Source: Escherichia phage JS98. From it: a stretch of DNA of 64,000 bases. The position numbers and the translations under genes were made by a program. Positions 30,195-41,696 of this stretch are shown here, piece by piece. How positions within the stretch are numbered: the first letter of the stretch is position 1; each line of letters begins with the position of its first letter. The notes below the pieces were generated by a model. The model made no database searches. It was not told the DNA's origin and was given only the letters and a program-made list of their open reading frames with translations. The DNA is taken from sequence record NC_010105.1; one strand, written 5' to 3'.

Positions 30195-30481
30195 TTGCAC
30201 TTCTCCTCTTTTAGTCCGGAACGATAATAACATAACATAGATTTCTGGTCTTGTACATATCTTTTTACGTCGTTCAACCAAATACGATGTTCTTGGGAAT
30301 CTTCAAACGGCATACCAACCCAAGCCTTACCGTCGATTACCTTAACCTGCCATTTAACATTATGTTCGGCAATAGGTTGTGGCCATGAAGGGTGGAGTTG
30401 TTGCTTAGGCGCTACAGGGATGTCCTGGGCACATCCAACTAACAAGCCAATAGATAACATTACAGCAGCCAATTTAATCAT
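30191..30481 (-). CDS. pseT.2: Outer-membrane spanin (o-spanin, lipoprotein)
   Basis: 96 aa; signal peptide with lipobox LLVGC; overlaps the i-spanin 3' end. Confidence 0.75.
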   Translation of the reverse strand: MIKLAAVMLSIGLLVGCAQDIPVAPKQQLHPSWPQPIAEHNVKWQVKVIDGKAWVGMPFEDSQEHRIWLNDVKRYVQDQKSMLCYYRSGLKEEKCK

Positions 30482-30831
30482 TCTGTGATGCTCCTGAAGT
30501 CTTCTGTAAAGGAATCGAAGGACTTGTTGATTTGTTTTTCGACCAATCCTGGCTTACTTGCCACCACGTGCGCCTTCTTCGAATCTTTACGGAGCTTTTC
30601 ATTTTCTGCCTTAATTTTATCCATTCGGGCATTCATTTCAGTAGTACGGAATTCAATATCCGAGTATTGACCACGAAGGTCCTCTACAGCTTCGGCGTTC
30701 TGTTTAGCTGTTTGCTGGGTTGTTTTCAGTTCTTCAGTTAATGTATCAATACGGCTTGATTGATACGAAATAAAACCGTAAGCACCTACTGCAATGGCTC
30801 CAGCTAAAAGGTAAATACTTAATTTAGACAT
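30478..30831 (-). CDS. pseT.3: Inner-membrane spanin (i-spanin)
   Basis: 117 aa; N-terminal TM helix then coiled-coil periplasmic domain. Confidence 0.75.
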   Translation of the reverse strand: MSKLSIYLLAGAIAVGAYGFISYQSSRIDTLTEELKTTQQTAKQNAEAVEDLRGQYSDIEFRTTEMNARMDKIKAENEKLRKDSKKAHVVASKPGLVEKQINKSFDSFTEDFRSITE

Positions 30832-31319
30832 TTGGTAATAATCTCGATGATGTCATCACGTGACAGGGAGTTGATAAGAACCGTTTTAGGATTTTCACAC
30901 TGAACTTTGTACGTTTCGAACATAAAACACAATTCTTCAGCGGTATGGTAAGGACTTGAAATGCCAAGGCGATTAAACTTGTCGCTTAATGGGTCACAAA
31001 TCAAATAAAAAGTGATTCCTGCGATTTTGACATTAGGTTGACTGATATTAATGAATACCTCAGCATCATACTTAGAAAGGTTGTTTTGGAGAAACTCCAC
31101 CATAGAGTTAACAGCTTCAGGCATGGCTTCACGCTTTTCTTCTGCATAACGAGTAGAGTATTCTTTTTGCTTAATTTTCTTTTTAGCATTTTTAGCTAAA
31201 GTAACACGAAGATCGGTTAGGTAGCCTACTGCACGAGAACCTTTAAAAACTTGGATACCGTCAGTAGAGTCACCAAAAGCTTTAACAACCATTTCGTTGG
31301 TAATCATTTGCATATTCAT
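30819..31319 (-). CDS. alc: Alc-like protein (assigned by position only)
   Basis: 166 aa (T4 Alc 167 aa) between rnlA and the spanins; own early promoter. Confidence 0.45.
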   Translation of the reverse strand: MNMQMITNEMVVKAFGDSTDGIQVFKGSRAVGYLTDLRVTLAKNAKKKIKQKEYSTRYAEEKREAMPEAVNSMVEFLQNNLSKYDAEVFINISQPNVKIAGITFYLICDPLSDKFNRLGISSPYHTAEELCFMFETYKVQCENPKTVLINSLSRDDIIEIITKCLN

Positions 31320-31348
31320 TTTGTTTTCTCCTCATTAGTTGGTAAGTC

Positions 31349-31378
31349 TATACTAACACATCATGAGGAGATGTAAAC
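31349..31378 (-). promoter_or_regulatory. T4-type early promoter (-35 GTTTAC, 17 nt, -10 TAGTAT)
   Basis: rc motif; conserved leader ...CTAATGAGGAGAAAACAAA ATG. Confidence 0.5.
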
Positions 31379-32526
31379 TACTCTACCACAATTTCTTTCA
31401 AATATTTTTCAGGGATTTGGGCCTTATGATTTTTCAAGAACACAGAGTTAATCTGGTCCATGACCGTATCATAATTAATACCGTCTACGTACGCCTGCAT
31501 AAGAATAGAGAACAGCCCTGGGAAGTCTTTGAGGATTAACTGACCGGTGACAGCATAGTCTTTACGGTCACGGCCTTTGAGCTGAGAATATGCCGCTTCT
31601 AACAAAGCCAAGGACTGTTCTAAGTAGTCTAAATGGATACGTTCAAATGCATTGATTTTCTCGATAGCAAATGAATCAGTGCTGAACAAACCTCGGAGGT
31701 CATCGGTTCCGCCAGCCACTACAACTTCAAACAAACGTTCGTTATTGTTAATGGAATCTTTGGTATGATGCAGTGCGCTATACCAAGCGGTTTTGAGTTT
31801 AAAGAACGTGCCATCTTTAAGTACAAAGATAAAGCCTTCAATACCCTCTTGTTTACGGATATTGTCAACAAAATCGCCTTCAGAGAGTTCATAGCTTTTA
31901 ACCAAATGCTTACGCAGAGCGCCATCTTTAAACAGTTCAGCGTAAGGGATATATTCACCCGTTTCGTTATTACGAACGTTCAGTAAGATAAGGTTTGTTT
32001 CTTGGTAAGCCAGCACAATACGGTTAGTAGGCGAAACATACTCGAGGTTACATGTATAGCCTGCTTTAGTAATTTCTTCTAAACGAGCAGCGAAGGCCTC
32101 GTTTTCAGGGAGTCGAAGGAAACGTAAAGAATCATGTACCATCGACGAGTGGATAGAGCCTTTAGATTTAACAGAAAGATATTGTCTGTCCATGAAGGTA
32201 GAAATCAAGGAACCATCTTCCTTAGCCATTACGAGGTCGATATTTTCTTGTGATAAATCCAAACCAATAGTCAATGGATTTTCATCGAGATTAAAGAACT
32301 TTTGCATAGGGCGAGCAGCGATACGTACAGGACCGTTCTCGTCCATTTCAAACATAATGCCTCGGCACTCTAGTGCGCCGTCTTCCAACCAATCACTGTA
32401 CGATGCATAGTTATAACTAAAGATGCGATAGTTGACTCCTAGCGCACTCTGGAAGTCTTTAAAGAAGAACTTAGATTTAGTCGAGTTTTTAACCAAAGTC
32501 ATCAAGTTATCATATAATTCAATCAT
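31378..32526 (-). CDS. rnlA: RNA ligase 1
   Basis: 382 aa; YRIFSYNYASYSDW, LECRGIMFEMD and AKEDGSL (adenylation lysine) match recalled T4 Rnl1. Confidence 0.92.
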   Translation of the reverse strand: MIELYDNLMTLVKNSTKSKFFFKDFQSALGVNYRIFSYNYASYSDWLEDGALECRGIMFEMDENGPVRIAARPMQKFFNLDENPLTIGLDLSQENIDLVMAKEDGSLISTFMDRQYLSVKSKGSIHSSMVHDSLRFLRLPENEAFAARLEEITKAGYTCNLEYVSPTNRIVLAYQETNLILLNVRNNETGEYIPYAELFKDGALRKHLVKSYELSEGDFVDNIRKQEGIEGFIFVLKDGTFFKLKTAWYSALHHTKDSINNNERLFEVVVAGGTDDLRGLFSTDSFAIEKINAFERIHLDYLEQSLALLEAAYSQLKGRDRKDYAVTGQLILKDFPGLFSILMQAYVDGINYDTVMDQINSVFLKNHKAQIPEKYLKEIVVE

Positions 32527-32936
32527 TGCTTTATCCTATGTTGGGTATTCCAAGGTGGATTAAATTTCTTTATGAACATTGGCTCTTCAAGAGACATGGT
32601 CTCAACTGACATAGTTCCAAGTTCGTTAGTCATCGACAGATTAAAGCACTGTCTAGCATAGAACTCTACCTTTTTACCGGCCATTAATGCTTCATGAATC
32701 AGAATGGACTTGGTCGAATCCGACGTTTGGTCCTTACGATTAATGGCGGTTCGGTAGTAGTTGATGCGCTTACGAAGATTTTTAGTCTTCCCGATGTAGA
32801 CTAGTATATCATCAACCGCTATAGCATATATGACATTTTGTTTATTTGGAACCGTGATAGGGGCTATAGTAGCATCTGTTTGGAGCTCCAGTGTAACGTA
32901 CTTGATAAAGCTAAATTCATCTGCGATTTCTTTCAT
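32523..32936 (-). CDS. denA: Endonuclease II (GIY-YIG-like)
   Basis: GIY-YIG-like VYIGKTKNLRKRINYY; position after nrdB; likely start is the internal ATG at 32936. Confidence 0.75.
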   Translation of the reverse strand: MKEIADEFSFIKYVTLELQTDATIAPITVPNKQNVIYAIAVDDILVYIGKTKNLRKRINYYRTAINRKDQTSDSTKSILIHEALMAGKKVEFYARQCFNLSMTNELGTMSVETMSLEEPMFIKKFNPPWNTQHRIKQ

Positions 32937-32944
32937 AGCAATAA

Positions 32945-32958
32945 GGGGCCGAAGCCCC
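32945..32958 (-). other. Hairpin GGGGC-UUCG-GCCCC between nrdB and denA
   Basis: Perfect 5 bp GC stem with UUCG loop on the - transcript. Confidence 0.45.
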
Positions 32959-32963
32959 ATTCC

Positions 32964-34133
32964 TTAAAAATATTTCTTGTATGACGCCATTACTTTTTCA
33001 TCGACATCATTATCAATTTGTGCTACAAGGTAAGAACTGATTTCCACTTCCTGAGGAGCAGCCTGTACAGCATCAGAGTTCAGGTATTCGCGAATCCAAG
33101 GATAAGGATGGCGAGTAGGGGCATCAGTAATAGGACATGGTAAGCCACATTGCTTCATACGAGAAACTGTCAGGTAATCGACAAAAGCACCCATGTTCTG
33201 AGTATTTAATCCAGGGCAAGTACCATCTTTGAACAGGTGAGCGGCCCACTCTTTTTCTTGTCGGTTAACTTCCATGAAAATATCAACTGCTTCTTGTTCG
33301 CACTCTTGAGCAATTTTAACCCATTCATCACCATCCGTACCAAGCTGGAGTTGACGAATAATGTATTGGGTGCCTTTAAGGTGAAGCTGTTCATCACGTG
33401 CAATGAACTTCATAATCTTAGCATTACCTTCCATGATTTCCATATTCTTATGGAAGTTAAAGGTACATGCGAAAGATACGTAAAAACGAATAGCTTCCAA
33501 TGCGTTGATTACATGGAGACAGAGGTAAAGAGAACGCATTAGTTCGTATTTGGCCTGTTTTACGCCTTCGCCAAACTCGTGATATTCTTCTAAAGCATTC
33601 TGGTAAAGTCGGGTTTTCTCAATAACATCATCATAATAACGACCAATAGATTCAGCACGTTTCATGATAGCTTCATCTAACAGAATTTCATCAAATACCT
33701 TAGATGGGTCTGTATAGAGGTTACGCATGATATGGGTATACGAACGAGAGTGAATGGTTTCACTAAAGGTCCATGTGGCCACCCACGTATCAAGGCTAGG
33801 GTCTGAAATCAATGCTTGGAGTGCAGCAGAAGGAGCACGTCCCTGGATACTATCCAGAAGTGATTGATACTTCAGGTTATTGGTAAAAATATTTTGCTGG
33901 AATTGTGGAAGCTTATTAAACTGGGCAGCATCCATCATCAAGTTAACTTCCTCTGGACGCCAGAAGAAACTCAACTGCTTTTCACAAAGCTCTTCGAATA
34001 CTTTATGACGTTGGATATCGTAACGAGCAATACCCAATCCTGAACCAAAGAACATCGGTTCGACTAAAACATCAACTGGGGTAGTATTAAAAACTGTAGA
34101 CATGTTATTCTCATTTGTTAGTGACTCATCCAT
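32964..34133 (-). CDS. nrdB: Ribonucleotide reductase small subunit (uninterrupted)
   Basis: 389 aa continuous ORF of the class Ia R2 family. Confidence 0.9.
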   Translation of the reverse strand: MDESLTNENNMSTVFNTTPVDVLVEPMFFGSGLGIARYDIQRHKVFEELCEKQLSFFWRPEEVNLMMDAAQFNKLPQFQQNIFTNNLKYQSLLDSIQGRAPSAALQALISDPSLDTWVATWTFSETIHSRSYTHIMRNLYTDPSKVFDEILLDEAIMKRAESIGRYYDDVIEKTRLYQNALEEYHEFGEGVKQAKYELMRSLYLCLHVINALEAIRFYVSFACTFNFHKNMEIMEGNAKIMKFIARDEQLHLKGTQYIIRQLQLGTDGDEWVKIAQECEQEAVDIFMEVNRQEKEWAAHLFKDGTCPGLNTQNMGAFVDYLTVSRMKQCGLPCPITDAPTRHPYPWIREYLNSDAVQAAPQEVEISSYLVAQIDNDVDEKVMASYKKYF

Positions 34134-34155
34134 GAGTCAATTATAATCAGATTTA

Positions 34156-36411
34156 TTAAAGCTTACAAGCTGCGCAATCATCGGCTTTAGGAGTTTCGAT
34201 TTCATAATCGTCAGTACCAGAGCCATCACGGGTGTTATGATAGTAAAGGTTCTTACCACCAAAGTACCAGAAATATAACAGGTCATCAAGCATTACCGAC
34301 ATAGGAACTTTTCCTTTCTCATAATTCTGAGGGTCATAATACGTATTCGCTGATGCTGATTGGCAAACCCATTTCAACATAATTGCCACTTGGGTAAGAT
34401 AAGGTTTATTACCTTTCTTAGCGAGGCTCCAAGCGTAATCATAAAGGCCTTGGTTATGTTCTACATTAGGAACTACCTGTCGGAAGTTACCTTCTTTAGA
34501 TTCTTTAATACTTACCGGGCCACGCGGAGGTTCGATACCGTTGGTAGAGTTGGAAACTTGGCTGCTTGACTCGCATGGCATAAGTGCTGATAATGTGCTA
34601 TTACGGATGCCATGTTTAGCCAAGTCTTCCCGCAACGCCGACCAGTCACAAACATAGTTTGGGGCTGCGATTTGGTCAATCTTTTTATTGTACCAGTCGA
34701 TAGGAAGCTCGCCTCGAGACCATTTAGTGTCTGAATAATACTCGCAAGGTCCTTTTTCTTCGGCCAACTTGATTGATGCTCGGATAAGTCCATACTGTAA
34801 TCTCTCAAACAGTTCATGAGTTAAATCGTTTGCGTCTTCATAAGAAGCAAAGTTGCTTGCCAGCCATGCTGCGTAGTTAGTAACACCGACACCCAAGTTA
34901 CGACGTTTCTTAGCCTTCAGAGCTTCAGGAACAGGATAATCTTGGTAGTCTAACAAGTTATCAAGTGCACGTACCTGTACTTCAGCAAGTTCGTTGATTT
35001 TGTCTTGGTCTTGCCAATCAAAGTTATCCAATACGAATGCAGACAGAGTACACAATCCGATTTCAGCATCAGGACTATTCACATCGGTAGTCGGGATAGC
35101 AATTTCACAACACAGGTTACTCTGGCGAATAGGAGCCTTTTCACGAATAAATGGTGTGAAGTTGTTAGTGTTATCAACGAACTGAGGATAAATTCGTGCA
35201 GTGCCTGAACGTTCGGTCATAAACAATTCGAAGAGGTCGCGTGCTTTAATACGTTTCTTACGAATACTAGAGTCTTTTTCAGCAGCTTCATACAATTCAC
35301 GGAAACGTTCTTGGTCTTCAAAATAAGAATAATAAAGCTCGCCGCCCATTTCATGAGGACTAAACAGGGTAATGTAATCATTTTTACCGAAACGTTCCAT
35401 CATCAGGTCGTTTAACTGGATTCCGTAGTCCATATGACGAATACGGTTCTCATCGACACCTTTGTTGTTTTTCAAAACGAGCAGATTTTCAACTTCCAAA
35501 TGCCAAATAGGATAATAAGCAGTAGCAGCGCCGCCACGGATTCCACCTTGTGAACATGATTTAACAGCAGTCTGGAAATGTTTCCAGAATGGAATAACAC
35601 CGGTATGTTTGACTTCACCCATGCCAATACGAGAACCTTCAGCACGAATCATACCAACGTTGATACCAATACCTGCACGTTTAGAAATGTATTCAATTAT
35701 TGAGTTGGCAGTTTTGTTAATAGATTTCAGCGAGTCGCCTGCTTCAATAACCACACAAGAACTAAATTGACGAGTTGGAGTACGTGCACCAGCCATAATA
35801 GGAGTAGGCAACGAAACCTGACGAGTACTTACAGCGTCATAAAAACGAATAATATGTGCTAAACGGTTACCTGGCTCGTCTTGGTGTAAGGCCATACCAA
35901 TACACATGATAGCGAACTGAGGAGTTTCATAGATTTTACCAGTTGTTTTATCTTTAACCAGATATTTCTCTTTCAGCTGCATCGCACCAGCATATGTCAA
36001 TTCGAAATCGCGTTCATGCTTGATATGAGATTCTAAGAAAGTAATTTCTTCTGCAGAATATCGAGACAGCAATTCTGGGTCATATTTACCTTCGTTAACA
36101 CAATAGGAAATATGGTCAATAAAACTACGTGGTTCAAACTGACCGTAAACTTCTTTACGCAGTGCAAACATCAATTGCTTTGCGGCAACATACTGATAGT
36201 CAGGCTCTTCAACCGAGATAAGGTTGGCTGCTACCTTAACAGTCAGATTTTGGATATCTTTGGTAGTCATACCATCACGAAGGTGGGTTTTGATTTCTTC
36301 GTATAATTCATAGGGGTCGATTTGGGTTCCTTCACAGCCCCAAGTCAGAACTTTAATAATTTTTTGTGCGTCAAAATCTTGGGATACACCACTACTCTTT
36401 TGTACTTGCAT
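34156..36411 (-). CDS. nrdA: Ribonucleotide reductase large subunit
   Basis: 751 aa class Ia R1. Confidence 0.92.
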   Translation of the reverse strand: MQVQKSSGVSQDFDAQKIIKVLTWGCEGTQIDPYELYEEIKTHLRDGMTTKDIQNLTVKVAANLISVEEPDYQYVAAKQLMFALRKEVYGQFEPRSFIDHISYCVNEGKYDPELLSRYSAEEITFLESHIKHERDFELTYAGAMQLKEKYLVKDKTTGKIYETPQFAIMCIGMALHQDEPGNRLAHIIRFYDAVSTRQVSLPTPIMAGARTPTRQFSSCVVIEAGDSLKSINKTANSIIEYISKRAGIGINVGMIRAEGSRIGMGEVKHTGVIPFWKHFQTAVKSCSQGGIRGGAATAYYPIWHLEVENLLVLKNNKGVDENRIRHMDYGIQLNDLMMERFGKNDYITLFSPHEMGGELYYSYFEDQERFRELYEAAEKDSSIRKKRIKARDLFELFMTERSGTARIYPQFVDNTNNFTPFIREKAPIRQSNLCCEIAIPTTDVNSPDAEIGLCTLSAFVLDNFDWQDQDKINELAEVQVRALDNLLDYQDYPVPEALKAKKRRNLGVGVTNYAAWLASNFASYEDANDLTHELFERLQYGLIRASIKLAEEKGPCEYYSDTKWSRGELPIDWYNKKIDQIAAPNYVCDWSALREDLAKHGIRNSTLSALMPCESSSQVSNSTNGIEPPRGPVSIKESKEGNFRQVVPNVEHNQGLYDYAWSLAKKGNKPYLTQVAIMLKWVCQSASANTYYDPQNYEKGKVPMSVMLDDLLYFWYFGGKNLYYHNTRDGSGTDDYEIETPKADDCAACKL

Positions 36412-36441
36412 AATTTCCTCAATATGTTAGGTTCTACAATT

Positions 36442-36466
36442 ATTCTATCATAGAACCTGTTAAGCA
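36442..36466 (-). promoter_or_regulatory. Candidate MotA-dependent middle promoter of nrdA, -10 bracketed by 7 bp inverted repeat
   Basis: rc reads TGCTTAA then 12 nt then TAGAAT; IR GGTTCTA/TAGAACC at 36430-36436 and 36451-36457. Confidence 0.4.
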
Positions 36467-36477
36467 TGGACTGATAT

Positions 36478-36888
36478 TTATAGGTCTTCTAATGAGAACG
36501 TATCTTTGAAAAGTTTGTTAACAACCAGGGCTATCACATCCCCATGACAGTCCTTAGGTTTACAGGTACACGCTATTCGCATACCTCTAAGGGTTTCAAG
36601 GTGTTCTCTTTTAATTTCACCTGATTTTATTTTAGCAATAAAGTATTCTTTAAAGTTCTTGATGTTTTCCTCGCGGGTACCGTCTTTAAATGGATTACCC
36701 CACATGGTTCCACGCTGGATATTGACATCAAAATCTTCTTTATACTTGTTAACAACTCTACAGACTCTCATTATAGCACCAAATTCAGCCCAATCATAAT
36801 AACCAAAAATAAGGTACCAGCGATTTGAATTTTCATACAGCCATCTTAGCCTTAATAGTAGGGTGCGATTCATAACCTTTAAGAACAA
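36478..36888 (-). CDS. Hypothetical protein with GNPF...CxC...CHGDV motif (likely start near 36774)
   Basis: Track ORF overlaps td 3' end; the internal ATG at 36774 gives about 98 aa; motif resembles the DUF4326 family as I recall it. Confidence 0.45.
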   Translation of the reverse strand: MFLKVMNRTLLLRLRWLYENSNRWYLIFGYYDWAEFGAIMRVCRVVNKYKEDFDVNIQRGTMWGNPFKDGTREENIKNFKEYFIAKIKSGEIKREHLETLRGMRIACTCKPKDCHGDVIALVVNKLFKDTFSLEDL

Positions 36889-37689
36889 AATCAGACGGCT
36901 TCATTGAATCAACCCAAGACAGTTGTGTCTTAGTGTCCCAAAGAATAAACTCTTCCGGTAAATTAATTTCTAATTCACAAAGCTCTTTAGGCTCACGACG
37001 AAGAACTTCTTGGCATTGTTCAACGTGATTAGAATAGATATGCGTATTGCCGCCTGAGAACACTAAATCGCCCGGAATAAGATTACACATCTTAGCTACA
37101 ATATGCACAAGAGCGGCGTAAGAGGCGATATTAAATGGCAATCCTAAGAACACGTCAACAGAACGTTGGTACCACTGGAGGTCAAGATGGCCATTACGAA
37201 CGTTGAACTGATAAAAACAATGACATGGTGGAAGAGCCATCTGGTCGATTTCAGCCGGGTTCCATGCGGATACGATTTGACGTCGGTCATTAGGCATCTT
37301 TTTAATACGGTCGATAATTTCTACAACCTGGTCGACCCCACCAAAATCTCGCCATTGTTTCCCGTATACCGGGCCTAGTTCACCACTATGATACCCTAGG
37401 TCTTTGGCCTGATTTTCATAGTTCTCGTCCCAAATAGTTTTACCGTCAATTAATGAACCGTGAGTACGGAAACGAAGGTCGTTAACGTTTGTTGAACCCG
37501 AAAGGAACCAAAGGAGCTCAGCAATACAGGCTTTCCATGCTAATTTTTTAGTTGTTACCGCAGGAAAGCCTTTAGTTAAATCAAAACGTAATTTAGTACC
37601 GAACAGTGCAATTGTACCGGTTCCAGTGCGGTCGTCGGTTTCGTAGCCATTTTCCAGGATATCTTTAATTAAAAATTGATATTGTTTCA

Positions 37690-37702
<13 letters not shown>
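36833..37702 (-). CDS. td: Thymidylate synthase (uninterrupted)
   Basis: 289 aa continuous ThyA. Confidence 0.92.
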
Positions 37703-38814
<1,112 letters not shown>

Positions 38815-38815
<1 letters not shown>

Positions 38816-39060
38816 TATAGCACCTCAACATGTGTGATATCGTTTGGCCAAATAATGTCATGATGGTTATAATAGGAAATATCACCCTTAACAAAACGAT
38901 AATTATTACCACGGCCTTGCTCCCAGGCCAAAGATACCTTATGGAGGTTTTCATAACGGTCCCTGACCCAAAAGGATTCGTCATATGCAGTATTATTATA
39001 AAGTCTATCCAATTCTGCTTCGGTACCAGTAAACTCTTTTAAATTGATAGTAATTTGCAT
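38815..39060 (-). CDS. Hypothetical protein (frd.x)
   Basis: About 82 aa from the internal ATG at 39060. Confidence 0.45.
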
Positions 39061-39070
39061 TATATTTTCC

Positions 39071-39310
39071 TCACGCTTTCTTAGCGATTTTCCAGTCAGC
39101 TTTAAATTGGTCAACATCAGAATGGTGAATCCAGAAACCAGATGAGCTACCATCTTCATAAAGAGGACAACCATCACACTCATCTTTCCAGCCCATTTCA
39201 CACAAAGCTTGTTCGGCTTTTTCCAGAGCTTCCGGATTGCTACCTTGGATTGTGAAGTACCATTTGCCTTTAACTTCAGAATCTTTAATTGATTCGCGTT
39301 GTAATTTCAT
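39071..39310 (-). CDS. Hypothetical cysteine-containing protein
   Basis: 79 aa; own early promoter. Confidence 0.5.
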   Translation of the reverse strand: MKLQRESIKDSEVKGKWYFTIQGSNPEALEKAEQALCEMGWKDECDGCPLYEDGSSSGFWIHHSDVDQFKADWKIAKKA

Positions 39311-39336
39311 TTTATTCTCCTCAAGTTGATAAGGCT

Positions 39337-39366
39337 ATAGTATCACTACCATAGCCTTAGGTAAAC
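39337..39366 (-). promoter_or_regulatory. T4-type early promoter with imperfect inverted repeat around the -10
   Basis: rc GTTTAC ... TACTAT; AAGGCTATAG / CCATAGCCTT inverted repeat. Confidence 0.5.
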
Positions 39367-39368
39367 AC

Positions 39369-39596
39369 TTATTTTTGAATTAAGCCCATATAAAATTCAG
39401 CGTCTTCAGCATGCATACCATCGCAATATTCATCAGCCATAAAGCGGGTAAGGTCTTCAAGAGGACCTTGAACTTCAATTTGCATACTACAGAATTGTGT
39501 GTCTTTGATATAAGTCATAGTCAAAGAAGGATAACGATTACGGATAACTTCGTAAGTGTATTCAAAATCAACGATATCAATATTAACCTTAGCCAT
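39369..39596 (-). CDS. Hypothetical protein
   Basis: 75 aa; own early promoter. Confidence 0.5.
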   Translation of the reverse strand: MAKVNIDIVDFEYTYEVIRNRYPSLTMTYIKDTQFCSMQIEVQGPLEDLTRFMADEYCDGMHAEDAEFYMGLIQK

Positions 39597-39628
39597 TTTA
39601 TTTTCCTCACTCGTTAGTTGATAGGTCT

Positions 39629-39657
39629 ATAGTATCATGCCTATAGACCTTGTAAAC
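39629..39657 (-). promoter_or_regulatory. T4-type early promoter with perfect 9 bp inverted repeat GGTCTATAG/CTATAGACC
   Basis: -10 TACTAT, 17 nt, -35 GTTTAC; IR at 39624-39632 and 39641-39649. Confidence 0.55.
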
Positions 39658-39659
39658 AT

Positions 39660-39920
39660 TTATTTTTGAATTTTATCAAGCCATTTACCAAGCTTAATCA
39701 TTTCTTTGGTAGCTTTTTCCATACTTCTGAATTTAACCAGTAAGGGTTGAGCATCAACACCCATAACTAAGGTGGTTACAAGACTATGTTCGCCTACAAG
39801 CCATAACGAATACGTTTGGATATCGAGGCCGTAATTTCGGTCTTTATGAACTCGTACACCCATCACTTCAAATTTCTCACTGGCTTTTTCTACTGCATCC
39901 AGGAAATCATCTTTAGTCAT
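39660..39920 (-). CDS. Hypothetical protein
   Basis: About 86 aa from the ATG at 39920 that abuts the upstream stop. Confidence 0.45.
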   Translation of the reverse strand: MTKDDFLDAVEKASEKFEVMGVRVHKDRNYGLDIQTYSLWLVGEHSLVTTLVMGVDAQPLLVKFRSMEKATKEMIKLGKWLDKIQK

Positions 39921-39921
39921 G

Positions 39922-40305
39922 TTAGGCCTTAAAAGTTTTTTGCAAAAGTTCAATAATTTGGTCGACGTTCTGTTCAGTGACAATGCAATGGATTTGGGTC
40001 ACGCCGGTCTTAGTAACAGGTTTGTCAACTTCATCTTGTCCATCATATTCACGGAAGCAATAGAACTCATCTTCATGCAATTCAAAATATTCCTCTAGTG
40101 TTCCGTCTGCACTAAAAATCTTGCCATTAGCACATTTTATTTTAGTTACAAATTTATCCCCATCTGTGGTCGTTGTATCCTTTACTTCAAACCACCCACC
40201 GTTTTCTTGGATAATATCGACCATATCATTATTATTGATAGGGGTGATATTGATAAAAGCTTTGATACACTCAGGGCGAAGTTCGTATTTTTTACCAATT
40301 TTCAT
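39922..40305 (-). CDS. Hypothetical protein, tandem paralog A
   Basis: 127 aa; about 30 percent identical to the upstream ORF (shared EYFEL.E.EF..F.E.DG, T..T.IH and C-terminal L..TF). Confidence 0.55.
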   Translation of the reverse strand: MKIGKKYELRPECIKAFINITPINNNDMVDIIQENGGWFEVKDTTTTDGDKFVTKIKCANGKIFSADGTLEEYFELHEDEFYCFREYDGQDEVDKPVTKTGVTQIHCIVTEQNVDQIIELLQKTFKA

Positions 40306-40308
40306 TTT

Positions 40309-40680
40309 TTAAATTCCAAAGGTAGCTTTAATCAAGGCAACAACTTCTGCCGCATTTTTGTGATTTACCTGCACATGAATGGTTTGGGTATCAACAGCAG
40401 GAGCATCGCCATCAACTTCCAGGAAGTGACAGAATTCCCATTCACCGAGTTCAAAGTACTCATCAGAATCACCCATACTATTCAGGATGGTGCCATCTTT
40501 CATTTCAACTTTTTCAACAAAATAAACACCTTCAATACAACGCATATCCAGGACTTTGAAGGAATTGCCATGTTGTTCCAACAACCTGACTATGCACGAA
40601 TTATAATTATCATCAGGACTACCAGCGGTGAATTGTTTTTTGGCAGCAGGGTCTAATACGTAAAATTTACCAGTTTCCAT
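40309..40680 (-). CDS. Hypothetical protein, tandem paralog B
   Basis: 123 aa; paralog of 39922-40305; own early promoter. Confidence 0.55.
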   Translation of the reverse strand: METGKFYVLDPAAKKQFTAGSPDDNYNSCIVRLLEQHGNSFKVLDMRCIEGVYFVEKVEMKDGTILNSMGDSDEYFELGEWEFCHFLEVDGDAPAVDTQTIHVQVNHKNAAEVVALIKATFGI

Positions 40681-40709
40681 TTTTATTTCCTCATGTAGTT
40701 GATAGGTCT

Positions 40710-40738
40710 ATAGTATCATGTTTAAAGGCATTGTAAAC
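40710..40738 (-). promoter_or_regulatory. T4-type early promoter
   Basis: rc GTTTAC, 17 nt, TACTAT; conserved leader CTATCAACTACATGAGGAAATAAAA ATG. Confidence 0.55.
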
Positions 40739-40790
40739 CATTAAATGCCAAAAAGGGAAGACCGAAGTCTTCCCATTATAAATCAATAAC

Positions 40791-41696
40791 TTATAGACCA
40801 GCTAACAGGTCGTCCAGACCATCGTCATCAGAAGGACTTACTGATGGCTCAGGAGTAGTGGAACGGGTCGGTGTAGACGGTTTAGAATCATATGCATCAA
40901 GGTCTGCACTGAATGCGTCCAGGTCATCACCAATCTTATCAGCAGCTGCAGAAGCTTTAGCGGCAGCACCACCAAGAGCAGCAGTACCAACAACTTTCTT
41001 AAACTTGGCTTCGTTAGTTTCAAAAGATTTGAACTCGAGCAGTTTAGAAAGGTCGTGCATTTCTTCCATCAATTTAGCTTGGTAAGCTTCATCATTGATG
41101 TTAGGAATTTCAGACTGACCCATGAATTTGGAATCGTCGTAGTTTTTGAAGTCACCAACTTTCTTAGATTTCAGTACGAAGTTAGCACCATCAAACGGAC
41201 ATGTTACGTCAACCGGCACTTCACCAATATCAGTATCAACTTCAACCATCTGGTTGATTTTATCCATAATTTTCTGACCGAAACGGAATTTAAACACTTT
41301 ACCTTCGTTAGCAGGCACTGCACTATCCTTAATAACAAGGATGTTAGCCCAGAAGGAAGTTTTACGTTTCATCAGTTTGTATTCGGCGTTATTAGTATTA
41401 TACGTATCGTTCTGGTTCATGTATTTACATACAGGACAAGAATCGAAATCACCGTGAGTAGACGTACAGTTTTCAATGTACCATTGACCATTTTTCTTAA
41501 AGCCGTGGTTAACGAGCTTAACGAATGGAGATGGATTTTCTTCGTTTTTCGAAGGTAGGAAACGAATTACCGCAGTACCAACACCATTGTCATCTTTCAA
41601 TTTCCATTCAGCTTTATCATCGGAAGAGAAAGAAGAACCACCTTTCATTGCAGACAGTTGAGCAGCCAGTTGGGAAGGGTCTTTACGTTTGAACAT
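40791..41696 (-). CDS. 32: ssDNA-binding protein gp32
   Basis: 301 aa; matches recalled T4 gp32 (AVIRFLPSK, zinc site region, acidic C-tail). Confidence 0.92.
   Translation of the reverse strand: MFKRKDPSQLAAQLSAMKGGSSFSSDDKAEWKLKDDNGVGTAVIRFLPSKNEENPSPFVKLVNHGFKKNGQWYIENCTSTHGDFDSCPVCKYMNQNDTYNTNNAEYKLMKRKTSFWANILVIKDSAVPANEGKVFKFRFGQKIMDKINQMVEVDTDIGEVPVDVTCPFDGANFVLKSKKVGDFKNYDDSKFMGQSEIPNINDEAYQAKLMEEMHDLSKLLEFKSFETNEAKFKKVVGTAALGGAAAKASAAADKIGDDLDAFSADLDAYDSKPSTPTRSTTPEPSVSPSDDDGLDDLLAGL

Noticed and set aside
36476-36483. TATAAATA late-promoter motif on the - strand upstream of nrdA
   Set aside because: nrdA is an early/middle gene in T4, and the motif overlaps the stop region of the upstream ORF; a single 8-mer in AT-rich sequence is insufficient, so only the MotA-type promoter was kept.
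41055-41558. 167 aa ORF antisense to gene 32
   Set aside because: Embedded in the gp32 coding region on the opposite strand; no SD or promoter.
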